A stretch of 64,000 nt of DNA from the NCBI GenBank assembly GCA_014240055.1, contig JAAZXP010000002.1:10040-74039 (forward strand), written 5' to 3'. Below, one piece after another: positions 50,159-59,435 of this stretch. Source of the stretch: Methanobacteriota archaeon (GTDB taxonomy: Archaea > Thermoplasmatota > Poseidoniia > MGIII > CG-Epi1). The position numbers and the translations under genes were made by a program. Position 1 is the first letter of the stretch, and each line of letters starts with the position of its first letter. The notes under the pieces are model-generated. The model saw nothing but the letters and a program-made list of their open reading frames with translations, did no database searches and was not told where the DNA came from.

Positions 50159-50726
50159 GGTACCACCCAGTAACTGTTAATCTCTGAATATCTTGTAGTA
50201 TTTCTCCAACCTGGTGCCATGAGTGTTTAGAAACTTCAAACATAATCAAGGAGTTATATTCTGGAATAACACTATCTACTAATTGTGAAGAATTATTTTC
50301 CTCTATATCAAAAATCTGTAAAGAGCCACCCATCTCTTCCGTTATTTCAGGGGTGAGATGAAGACTGTAAGCAATAATTCTTTCCTCAACTTGATCATCA
50401 TGAGGTAATAAAAAATCTCCCAAACCATAAACATATGCAGCCATGTCAATACTAGAAAGTGGTTTTGAACTAAAAGCTTCAGCTACCTTTTTCCGCCATA
50501 TCTCATCTCCTAAATCATCACGAAGAATATTAATCGCAGGGTGATCTATATCTGTTAATTCCACACTGGCCCAATAGCTAAATAAATCTGATTCTTTGAA
50601 GTCATATTCTAGGCCAGCGAGAGCATCAATTACGAGATCTAATGTACTTTCATCAAGAAAATCTTTTACTACTACATGAGGATATGGGAACTCTTTGACT
50701 ACCGATATTTTTTCAGCCTTTCGCAT
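50151..50726 (-). CDS. 2OG-Fe(II) prolyl hydroxylase, OGFOD1/Tpa1 catalytic-domain-like
   Basis: PYPHVVVKDFL, KESDLF, IDM, FLLPHDD (HxD), GGSLQIF, PEYNSLIMFEVS..SWHQVGE (distal His), RLTVTGWYHG (2OG Arg). Confidence 0.85.
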   Translation of the reverse strand: MRKAEKISVVKEFPYPHVVVKDFLDESTLDLVIDALAGLEYDFKESDLFSYWASVELTDIDHPAINILRDDLGDEIWRKKVAEAFSSKPLSSIDMAAYVYGLGDFLLPHDDQVEERIIAYSLHLTPEITEEMGGSLQIFDIEENNSSQLVDSVIPEYNSLIMFEVSKHSWHQVGEILQDIQRLTVTGWYHG

Positions 50727-51615
50727 ATTCTCTCCTAATCCAGTTTAACATACCTTCAACTGTGCCTAAATGAGTTTCCGTCTGATGAGGGCCATGGGAT
50801 GAATGAGTTTCTTGAAGACCTGGTCTTATTTCTAATAATTCATTTAGGATCGTCTTAGAAGATTTATCTTCACTATAACCCTGTTTAACAATTTCCATCC
50901 ATAACTCGAATTCTCTTTTAGTTTCTCTAAAAACTCCATCTGCAGGCCTCGGACCAAAATGAGTATAATGAAGATACTCTAAATTCAATTTCTCCATTTT
51001 TTCTATACTTTCTAAAGCTAAATCATGCCTATAGTATCCTGGCGTAACCGGGAAAGAACGATCAATATCTGAATACCAAAGTCCTGCTGAATCTCCGACA
51101 AAAGCTTCCATTTCATAAATCCAAGTTATATGATGAGGCGCGTGCCCAGGTGTATGAAGGGCCTTAATTTTGTGATGACCTAAGGATAATTCAAATCCAT
51201 TTTCTGCTGAAATTAATCGTTCTTTGGATATTGGCTTAGGTTTTCCATAAAGATCAGCTATACTCCCTAGAAATTCGCGACTGCCTGACCACCAAGAATC
51301 TATACTAGAAACATGCTTGTATGCATTAGGATGTACTATAGATTTAGCATTTTCACATATCTCCATTAGATGGCCCCCTCCACCAAAATGATCTAAATGT
51401 ATGTGTGTTGGAATGATATAGTCTACATCTTCTGGATTCAATCCCATTTGCTTTATCCCAGCTAAAAGATTATTGTGAGAACTGGCTGGCCCTGTTTCAA
51501 TTATTGATATCTTTTTATCCATAATTACATACACTGATATGAAATTTGATTCATTATTAGGACATATGTCAAACCAAAATATATTGTTGCTATGTTTGTT
51601 AATTATTGGAGCCAC
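50713..51615 (-). CDS. MBL-fold metallo-hydrolase
   Basis: THIHLDHFGG, HTPGHAPHH, VGDSAG, THFG. Confidence 0.9.
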   Translation of the reverse strand: MAPIINKHSNNIFWFDICPNNESNFISVYVIMDKKISIIETGPASSHNNLLAGIKQMGLNPEDVDYIIPTHIHLDHFGGGGHLMEICENAKSIVHPNAYKHVSSIDSWWSGSREFLGSIADLYGKPKPISKERLISAENGFELSLGHHKIKALHTPGHAPHHITWIYEMEAFVGDSAGLWYSDIDRSFPVTPGYYRHDLALESIEKMEKLNLEYLHYTHFGPRPADGVFRETKREFELWMEIVKQGYSEDKSSKTILNELLEIRPGLQETHSSHGPHQTETHLGTVEGMLNWIRREYAKG

Positions 51616-51672
51616 ACAATTGCATAAGATAGGGGTTTAAGTGAACCGACGGCCTTATAGCGGGTTGTTGGC

Positions 51673-53292
51673 ATGTATATGTCCGTTGAGTTAATGAAAT
51701 ATATAATTGTAACCGGCGGTGTCCTTTCCGGATTAGGTAAAGGAATAACCTCATCTTCTGCAGGACTATTACTACAATGCGCAGGCTACAAAGTAACTGC
51801 CGTAAAAATGGATCCATATTTGAATGTTGATGCAGGCACAATGAATCCATATGAACACGGTGAAGTCTTTGTTATGAAGGATGGAGCTGAAGTTGATTTA
51901 GACCTTGGAAATTATGAACGATTTTTACACTGCAACTTAACAAGTGAACACAATATTACTACTGGAAAAGTTTACAAAAGAGTCATAGAAAAGGAGAGAC
52001 ATGGAGATTATCTCGGTCAAACAGTTCAAATAATTCCTCACGTAGTCAGAGAAATTGTTGATGGAATGAGAAAGGCTGCTGAAGATTCAAAGGCAGATGT
52101 TTGTATGGTGGAATTTGGAGGAACTGTAGGCGATATTGAATCAATGCCGTTTATGGAAGCTGGCCGTCTTTTGAGTAGGGAAGAAGGGAAAGAGAATGTA
52201 ATGTACATCCATACTACTCTTGTCCCAGTTGTAGGTTCTGTTGGAGAACAAAAGACTAAGCCAACACAACATTCAATTAAAGAATTACAAGGACTTGGAA
52301 TAAGGCCCGACATTATCGTTGGAAGAAGTAATGATATGTTAGACGAAGATATTGCTACAAAAATTGCTTTCTTCGCAGATATACCACGAGAAGCAGTTAT
52401 TTCAGCTCCAGATGCACAATCTATCTATGATGTACCTTTAATGTTCTTAGAACAGGGATTACATGAATTGATAGAAAAAAGACTTGGACTAAAGACAAAA
52501 AAACCAGATGTTACAAAGTGGAAAGATTTTGCAAAACGCGTATCTAATGGGGGAGAAGAAATCGAAATTGCTTTAATTGGAAAATATACAGCTCTAAAAG
52601 ATTCATATATCTCGCATAAAGAATCTCTTAGATATGCTGGAGCAGTTCTAGGCTGTAGAGTGAAAATTAGATGGATAGAAGCACCAGATTTAGAAGATAG
52701 TGGATCTACCAAGGACCTTGAAGGTGTAAATGGCATTCTTGTTCCCGGAGGATTTGGAAATAGAGGTGCTGAAGGTAAAATTATGAGTGCTAAATGGGCC
52801 AGGGAACAGAATATCCCATACCTTGGAGTTTGTTTTGGTTTTCAATTAGCTACAATTGAATTTGCACGTAATGTTTTAGGCCTCAAGGGTGCTAATTCTG
52901 CTGAACTCGATCCAAAAAGTCCACATCCCGTTGTCAATATACTCCCTGAACAAGAAGGTGTAGATGATATGGGGGCTACTATGAGATTAGGAGATCATGA
53001 TGTAAATCTTAGTAAAGGAAAAGCTAGGGCGCTTTATGGTAAAAATACAATCTCTGAAAGGCATAGACATCGTTATGAAATAAATCCTGAATACATCGAG
53101 CAAATTGAAGCGAAAGGGCTAAAATATACTGGAAGAGACATCAGTGGAAGAAGAATGGAAATACTAGAACTTGAAGGCCATCCCTATTTTGTAGCATCCC
53201 AATTTCATCCTGAATTCAAATCTAGACCTGATGACCCATCTCCTTTACATCTCGGTTTGGTAAAGGCTGCTCTAGCCCATAAAAAAGGATAA
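51673..53292 (+). CDS. pyrG: CTP synthase
   Basis: VTGGVLSGLGKG, DPYLNVDAGTMNPYEHGEVFV, KTKPTQHS, GVCFG, ERHRHRYE, QFHPEF; real start probably 51679 or 51694. Confidence 0.97.
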   Translation: MYMSVELMKYIIVTGGVLSGLGKGITSSSAGLLLQCAGYKVTAVKMDPYLNVDAGTMNPYEHGEVFVMKDGAEVDLDLGNYERFLHCNLTSEHNITTGKVYKRVIEKERHGDYLGQTVQIIPHVVREIVDGMRKAAEDSKADVCMVEFGGTVGDIESMPFMEAGRLLSREEGKENVMYIHTTLVPVVGSVGEQKTKPTQHSIKELQGLGIRPDIIVGRSNDMLDEDIATKIAFFADIPREAVISAPDAQSIYDVPLMFLEQGLHELIEKRLGLKTKKPDVTKWKDFAKRVSNGGEEIEIALIGKYTALKDSYISHKESLRYAGAVLGCRVKIRWIEAPDLEDSGSTKDLEGVNGILVPGGFGNRGAEGKIMSAKWAREQNIPYLGVCFGFQLATIEFARNVLGLKGANSAELDPKSPHPVVNILPEQEGVDDMGATMRLGDHDVNLSKGKARALYGKNTISERHRHRYEINPEYIEQIEAKGLKYTGRDISGRRMEILELEGHPYFVASQFHPEFKSRPDDPSPLHLGLVKAALAHKKG

Positions 53293-53335
53293 AAAGCAAG
53301 GGCAAGCTTATTAAGCTGTAATTTCTGGCTATATT

Positions 53336-53650
53336 ATGTCAGACGATAATGATAATAATGATGAATTCACCGATTTCAAAGGTAGAGCCGATTCTCCTGA
53401 AGATGGTTTCACAACTTCTGAAATGATTACTGGATTCGGAATGCTCCTTATTTTTGTAGGATTCATATTTGGTTTAATCAGACTTTTAGGCCTAAAAAAC
53501 GGAGAGATTCCTGCTGATTATGACAACCACCTTGATCAATTGTACCTAAGTTATCTTATAATGTTTGTAGGAATATTGATAACCAGTCTATTAGGATTCG
53601 GTGGAATGTTCAAAAGAACTATGTCTTCTTTCCTCGGTTCTAACGATTAA
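53336..53650 (+). CDS. Small two-TM membrane protein
   Basis: Two hydrophobic helices; TATA-like CTTATTAA about 25 nt upstream. Confidence 0.65.
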   Translation: MSDDNDNNDEFTDFKGRADSPEDGFTTSEMITGFGMLLIFVGFIFGLIRLLGLKNGEIPADYDNHLDQLYLSYLIMFVGILITSLLGFGGMFKRTMSSFLGSND

Positions 53651-54036
53651 AAAGTTAATAATTTATCGAAACTTACGGACATTGTATTGTCATTGAGCTC
53701 ATAAGTATAAACGAAGGTGTGAGTTCCATTGCTTTCTGTTGCTGATGTTAAAGTATAGAGTAAAGAGTATCCGCGTGAGGCAAGGATTGACTCAAATTCT
53801 TCTGTGGCAGTATCAAAAGACATGGATAATTCTACACCATCTGCAGCATTCAAAACTTCATACTCTAAGGCTAATGAAAAACTATTCTCTAATGAAGTAA
53901 TTATTGGAGTTATATCGTGTCTTTCTCCTTGATGATTACCCAAATTTACTGAATGTGTGATTGTACTAGTAACTGCAATTAGAGTAATTGACATTAAAAG
54001 TCCAGAAACTAGAAGTAATTGTGCTTGATCTCTCAT
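53647..54036 (-). CDS. Pilin-like protein (class III signal peptide)
   Basis: MRDQA|QLLLVSGLLMSITLIAV; last gene of the pilus operon. Confidence 0.65.
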   Translation of the reverse strand: MRDQAQLLLVSGLLMSITLIAVTSTITHSVNLGNHQGERHDITPIITSLENSFSLALEYEVLNAADGVELSMSFDTATEEFESILASRGYSLLYTLTSATESNGTHTFVYTYELNDNTMSVSFDKLLTF

Positions 54037-54488
54037 TAATCCTCCCTATATCCATACCAAAGCTGCAAATTTAATTCCCAGAGTTCGTCGTCGGCCCAAA
54101 CGACTCTGAAAGTTTGAGTAACTGGTCCGGTGTGGACCGTTCTATCAACAAGAGTCTCTGTTTGACCTTCATGCGTCCCTTCCAACCTATATGACAAGGA
54201 AGAAGAAAGACCTGAATCCAAATATTGCTTTATTGCCGTATTATTGTCTGTAGCTAACCACCAGGATAGTGTAGAATTATGATGTGTTGCAGCAATCGTT
54301 GAGTCTGTTGGAACCCATTCATCTAGTATCTCCAGAATTTCTAATCCTGTAAAATAAAGATCATTTTCCTCAAAATTATTAGCATCACTTGTGGGAAGAA
54401 CACTAACTGCAACATTGATTGTGGAAGTGAATAAAGTAGCTACTAACAAAACTTCCAAAACATGCATTTGACCTTTAGTATTTTTCAT
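54036..54488 (-). CDS. Pilin-like protein (class III signal peptide)
   Basis: MKNTKG|QMHVLEVLLVATLF, with E near position +5/+6. Confidence 0.72.
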   Translation of the reverse strand: MKNTKGQMHVLEVLLVATLFTSTINVAVSVLPTSDANNFEENDLYFTGLEILEILDEWVPTDSTIAATHHNSTLSWWLATDNNTAIKQYLDSGLSSSLSYRLEGTHEGQTETLVDRTVHTGPVTQTFRVVWADDELWELNLQLWYGYRED

Positions 54489-54504
54489 AATTATTAAACT
54501 CCAA

Positions 54505-55740
54505 TTAAATCTGTGGAGTGTTTACTGAGGTTGCAATACCTATTATTTCGAAAATAAACCAACCCAAGAAGAGAAGGAAAGATGCTCGACTAAATGCAGA
54601 ATATAGCTTACCTGTAGACATGAAGCCTGCTGCAAGTCCGTTACCTATTCCTTGAACCATAAGACTGTAAAGGAACATACTTGAAATCCAAACTTCATTC
54701 ATCTCCCTAATTGTTAGATTACCTATAGACATACTACCGCCGCCTGTGGCTGCTGAAGAATCTACAATTGCAGGAATAAAAGTACTAGCAAGAACTAAAA
54801 TAATACCTAAGTAAACAAAGAAAGAAGCGTAAATAACAGTCACATAACTGCCTACTTCTTGTCTTCTTTCATTCTCTAAAGCCTTTATTTCTCTAGCATC
54901 AAAAGAGGCTGCCAAAAGAATATCCGAAATTCGACCTCCGGCCCTATTTGCTTCATCAACCATTCTTACAGCTCTTGTTACAATTGGAGAGGTTACTCTT
55001 TCAGTAAACATTTCTAAAACTTCACCGAAAGAAACTCCCCACGAAATTTGTGAAGCCATTTTGTTTACCTCATCATTAAGATTACCATATTCTCCTTTAG
55101 CTAAAGTTTGGATAGCTACAGTCATACTAAGTCCTCCTTTCCAGTATTCAGCAAGATCTCTTAAAAAATCGGGAAACTTTTCCTCAACACGTGCTCTAAT
55201 TGCATCTTGCCTTTTTCCATACCATCCATAAGGATACATCAAGGCAATTAAACCAAAAACAATGTAATCTATAGCTGAAATTTCAGGATAACTACGAAGC
55301 CATATATCTGCAGTCATCTCTTCATCAATGCCATTTACAAAAGGATCTTTATCTTTAGTTTCATTATTTGTAATTGCAAAAGGTGACCCTAAACCAGTAA
55401 TTAATTCATATCTTTCTCCATTCTGTGGTTCAGCATATGTATTTCCTAAAGTAAAAGTAAATCGACCATCATTCAAATTCCAAGGATTATCAAATTGTTT
55501 ATCATTATCTCTATCTTCCATTGGGGTGAGAGCATCAGTTCTTATGTCTTCATTGGCAATTGCAAAAAATAAGAGTGCTAATACTATTGAAAAAGCTGCA
55601 ACTAGGGCTGGGCCCCAATCTGCATCTTTATTTTTGACACTTAACCAACGATTGACTTTCCAATACTCCATCCAACGTCTTTTGACACCAGTACGGCGAT
55701 CTGCGTAGACTTTATTCTGAAGGTTCCCTTTTATTGACAT
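54505..55740 (-). CDS. Type IV pilus platform protein (PilC/TadC-like, T2SSF)
   Basis: FPDFLRDLAE..KGG, YGNL..EV, WGVSF.E.L, AGGRISDIL. Confidence 0.88.
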   Translation of the reverse strand: MSIKGNLQNKVYADRRTGVKRRWMEYWKVNRWLSVKNKDADWGPALVAAFSIVLALLFFAIANEDIRTDALTPMEDRDNDKQFDNPWNLNDGRFTFTLGNTYAEPQNGERYELITGLGSPFAITNNETKDKDPFVNGIDEEMTADIWLRSYPEISAIDYIVFGLIALMYPYGWYGKRQDAIRARVEEKFPDFLRDLAEYWKGGLSMTVAIQTLAKGEYGNLNDEVNKMASQISWGVSFGEVLEMFTERVTSPIVTRAVRMVDEANRAGGRISDILLAASFDAREIKALENERRQEVGSYVTVIYASFFVYLGIILVLASTFIPAIVDSSAATGGGSMSIGNLTIREMNEVWISSMFLYSLMVQGIGNGLAAGFMSTGKLYSAFSRASFLLFLGWFIFEIIGIATSVNTPQI

Positions 55741-56711
55741 TAGTCAGTTGAAACCTCCTGACTTAGTGAATAAAATAAACCTGAAAATACTATTTGGATA
55801 ACTGGAAATCCTCCAAAAACTAGAAGGTACATGTGTATCTGTTCAAGCTGCATTCCAGCTCCAGAAACCCAGAATGTAATAACTGCAATAATCATTGCGA
55901 AAATAGGCAGTGCGACAGCTACAACCACATAAGCTTCGGAAAATAAGGCCATTTGCTGTAAAACATCTTTAACATGGCTTCTATTTTGTTGACCATAATA
56001 TTCTGCTCTGTTTAAGAAATAAAGCTTTAGATTTCCTCCTGCTGTTACAGTCCCAATAATTCCCTGAACAAATTCAGCGAATCTTTCAGAGGGTGTTCTG
56101 TCTACAGCTTCCTTTAATGTTGTTACTAAATCCCGACCCATAAACTCCATACTATGATAGATCCAAGCCGCCTCATGCGCAATTTCCCCATATATATCTT
56201 TATTTCGAGCAAGAGATTTGAAAGTCATAGAAGGCGTCGCATTAGCTGCTGCCATTGCTGATACATAACTAGCTGCGAAAGGAATTTGTTTGTCCATATC
56301 TGAAGCTCTACTACTCTCCAACAAAGCTGGAGTTAACCACTGAACCAATGCCACTAAACCAGGTAATGCCAGCAACAATACTGCAGCTATAACTATTTCA
56401 ACAAAGAGGGAAATTGAATAAGTTGGTATTATCGTTTCTCCAGTTTGGCTATTGATAGTAGGTGCTGCATTCGGATCTTCCATAGACTCTATTTGAGGAA
56501 TTACTACGCCAAGAAGGAGCAATGTAACGCCCAGACCAACTAAAAAAGTTAAAACTACTTGCATTACTGTAGTAGCCACATAATCTTCTGCTAAAAGTGG
56601 AATACGGGCTTTAACTAATTGATTTTTGAAAGATAATGAATCTTTTGTTAGCATGCGGCCTAACCAACCGAATAAAACTCTGCTGAATGTTTCAAAACCC
56701 GTCAGAGCCAT
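55740..56711 (-). CDS. Type IV pilus platform protein (PilC/TadB-like, T2SSF)
   Basis: QIPFAASYVSAMAAA, YGEIAHE, GRDLVTTL...TPSERFAEF, GGNL..YF. Confidence 0.88.
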   Translation of the reverse strand: MALTGFETFSRVLFGWLGRMLTKDSLSFKNQLVKARIPLLAEDYVATTVMQVVLTFLVGLGVTLLLLGVVIPQIESMEDPNAAPTINSQTGETIIPTYSISLFVEIVIAAVLLLALPGLVALVQWLTPALLESSRASDMDKQIPFAASYVSAMAAANATPSMTFKSLARNKDIYGEIAHEAAWIYHSMEFMGRDLVTTLKEAVDRTPSERFAEFVQGIIGTVTAGGNLKLYFLNRAEYYGQQNRSHVKDVLQQMALFSEAYVVVAVALPIFAMIIAVITFWVSGAGMQLEQIHMYLLVFGGFPVIQIVFSGLFYSLSQEVSTD

Positions 56712-58954
56712 TTATGCCACCAACGTGGATTGGCAGAGCGTTGTACTCTACTAGCTAAATTAGTTTTCAAACTTATCAACGCCTTAGACTGACGTGTTTC
56801 TTCTTTTTCAACTGCTGAGGATTTCTGACCTTCAGCACTTTTATCAATAATCATTGCTGCTTTGGATCTAGCGTTCATTTCAGACAATACTGCTTTCAGA
56901 ATTCTACGGCCTTCAACCTCATTAAGGGAGGAAACATCACCAATATCGACTTCTTTGGTTAATGGAACTAATTGTTTCAATGGCACATAATATGCCTGGT
57001 CTTTCAATAGATCATTTTGTAATTTTACTTCTATATTTTCACGCCTAGATTCTTCATTGGCAATTAACTTAGCTCTCTTAGTTGGATCATCAGTTTGAGA
57101 GATTTTAGCATCATTTTTTGCTCGAGTGGCTTGTTCTTTAGCTTCACGAGTTTGATACTTCTGCCTGATCTTAGGTGGGAAATCCCCAACATCTACTTCT
57201 TCATCATCTCTAGACAAGTCCATCTCTCTTTCTTCAACTTTGCGACGACGTTTCTTACCGCCTACTTGCATATCTTCGTAAACTTGACGCATAACATCTT
57301 CTGGATGAACATAATACTCAGCCACAACACGTGCAAAATCTTTGTAATCTCTAATACTTTTCTTTAAACACCATTCAATAACCAATTGACGTCTCTTAGT
57401 TTCATCCATTATCTCAACGCGGTTGAGATTTGCCTTCATCATAATTTTCTCAAAAATATATGATTTACCTGTGAAAACATATTCGTCAATAGTATTGTCC
57501 CATCTGAAAGCTTCATTGGTTAATAATTCATGTGAATGAGGATCTATTCCTATAATTTCAACAATTGCTTTATTTCTTCGGACACGCTTACCACCAACAC
57601 GAGTCTGAATCTGAATTGAAATTCCATCTAGTGCCGGAATTAACACTCTAGGAATCTCAATAGGTTTGTTTTCAAGACGATGTACTAAACTCTGAATAGA
57701 ATCTGCGTGGAAAGTGGAATAAGTTGTGTGTCCTGTAGCCATAGCCTGGAATAGAACATAAGCTTCAGCACCTCTAATCTCACCTACAATAATGTATTCT
57801 GGACGTTCACGAAGTGCTGCCCTTAACAAATCATACATGTCAACTTCTCCGGCTGCTTTTTCACCAGAACCTCCAGATTCTCCTCCAAAACCTTGCCTAG
57901 TACAACCTGGAATCCAGTTTGGATGAGGTAAATTCAATTCTCTTGTTTCTTCAATACTCACAATTTTGTGTTGCCATGGAAGGAAAAGAGAACAAGCATT
58001 CAAAGATGTCGTCTTTCCCGAAGCCGTTCCACCTACGAAAAGCATCGACATACCATATTGCATTGCCAACCAAAAGAATGCAATTTGCATCGATGAAAAT
58101 GTTTTAAATTCGAGTAAATCTACTGGAGTGAAGGGTTCATCTCTAAAGCGCCGTATCGTAAATGTTGAACCTTTTGTTGAAACTTCACGTCCAAGTGTCA
58201 TAACAATACGTGACCCATCCATCAAAGTTGCATCCAATAATGGTTCTGCAATGGAAATATGCTTTCCACAGCGTTGAGCCATACGAATAATGTACTGTTC
58301 TAATACTAATTCATCTTCCCACATTACATTTGTTCGTAAAGATTCAAATCTTCTGTGGTAAACGAATATTTCAACACCAGGCCCATCACAAGAAACATCC
58401 TCAATATTCGGATCTTTCATCATGGTATCTATTTTTCCGTAACCAATCAAATCTCTTTCAATGTAATAATGTATTTTTTCTCGATTACTTTTACGTGATT
58501 TTAATCTATAACTATCTAAAATATCGTCTACTGCTTGTTTCAAAAAATCTTCTTGCGTCTCGTCGAGCGTCTCGCGATCAATATTGAGAGCCCTCTGGAG
58601 AACTAATTTAATTGTATCTAAATCTTCTGTCTCTTGCTTTGAAGCTTTTGGTTCGACTACATAATAAAAACGAGAATAATCTCTTTTATCAAACAAAACT
58701 CTAACATAAGAATAAGGTGGATAAACTGGATAAGTATCTAACTCTTCAAAATCTTCACCTATCTCAATATCATCCATGACCAAGTCATGAATTACACCAT
58801 CTTTTTCGGCAGCTTTACGCTTCCTTTCTTCCGCTTTACGCTGTTTGTTAAGTTTACGACGCTGAAGCCAAGAAAGTTTAGACTCATCAATCTCTTCCTC
58901 TTGCTCACCGAGTAAACTCGAAGCATTCTCCATTGTTTCTTTGGCTGCGCTCAT
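56702..58954 (-). CDS. Archaeal type IV pilus assembly ATPase (PilB/FlaI-like) with long charged C-terminal tail
   Basis: GYGKID..MKDPNIEDVSCDG, GGTASGKTT, SIEETRE, ALRERPEYIIVGEIRG, TGH...TFHA. Confidence 0.93.
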   Translation of the reverse strand: MSAAKETMENASSLLGEQEEEIDESKLSWLQRRKLNKQRKAEERKRKAAEKDGVIHDLVMDDIEIGEDFEELDTYPVYPPYSYVRVLFDKRDYSRFYYVVEPKASKQETEDLDTIKLVLQRALNIDRETLDETQEDFLKQAVDDILDSYRLKSRKSNREKIHYYIERDLIGYGKIDTMMKDPNIEDVSCDGPGVEIFVYHRRFESLRTNVMWEDELVLEQYIIRMAQRCGKHISIAEPLLDATLMDGSRIVMTLGREVSTKGSTFTIRRFRDEPFTPVDLLEFKTFSSMQIAFFWLAMQYGMSMLFVGGTASGKTTSLNACSLFLPWQHKIVSIEETRELNLPHPNWIPGCTRQGFGGESGGSGEKAAGEVDMYDLLRAALRERPEYIIVGEIRGAEAYVLFQAMATGHTTYSTFHADSIQSLVHRLENKPIEIPRVLIPALDGISIQIQTRVGGKRVRRNKAIVEIIGIDPHSHELLTNEAFRWDNTIDEYVFTGKSYIFEKIMMKANLNRVEIMDETKRRQLVIEWCLKKSIRDYKDFARVVAEYYVHPEDVMRQVYEDMQVGGKKRRRKVEEREMDLSRDDEEVDVGDFPPKIRQKYQTREAKEQATRAKNDAKISQTDDPTKRAKLIANEESRRENIEVKLQNDLLKDQAYYVPLKQLVPLTKEVDIGDVSSLNEVEGRRILKAVLSEMNARSKAAMIIDKSAEGQKSSAVEKEETRQSKALISLKTNLASRVQRSANPRWWHKWL

Positions 58955-58958
58955 TTTA

Positions 58959-59435
58959 TCATCCAGTGGTTAACTTGACAACCTTTAGATTATCATCATA
59001 GTATATGACTATATAAGAAGACGTCGATATCAATGGTGAACCGCTAGCAGTCTCTATTGCAGTAGCTGGAAATAGAGGGAATGTGACCTCGAATTCCCCA
59101 CCTCTAGGCTGCATTGTAGTAACCTTGAGACCCTCGGCGGTGCCTGCCAACTTGTACTTTATTCCATGATTTATTGATTCGATACCTGTATTCAATTTGA
59201 TAACTGGTGAAGAATCAGGATATTCTCTTACAGTAGTTAATAAATCTTCAACTGACAATTGAAAATAAAGTGCCAACTGTTCAGCCTCTTCCTGTGCAGT
59301 ATTTGCCATGTTTCCATTGAGCATTGTAGTGGAAGTAAGCATTATTGATGATAAAATTAAAATCGAAACGGCGATTGTGTAAACATAACCAATTAATTCT
59401 GATGCTGCTGAATCATCGTAAGCTAAATTTGACAT
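58959..59435 (-). CDS. Pilin-like protein (class III signal peptide)
   Basis: YDDSA|ASELIGYVYTIAVSILILS. Confidence 0.72.
   Translation of the reverse strand: MSNLAYDDSAASELIGYVYTIAVSILILSSIMLTSTTMLNGNMANTAQEEAEQLALYFQLSVEDLLTTVREYPDSSPVIKLNTGIESINHGIKYKLAGTAEGLKVTTMQPRGGEFEVTFPLFPATAIETASGSPLISTSSYIVIYYDDNLKVVKLTTG

Noticed and set aside
56702..57270. Intein or archaellum (FlaI) interpretation of the long ATPase
   Set aside because: The extra sequence is terminal and lacks intein splice motifs; no flaH/flaJ/archaellin gene set is present.
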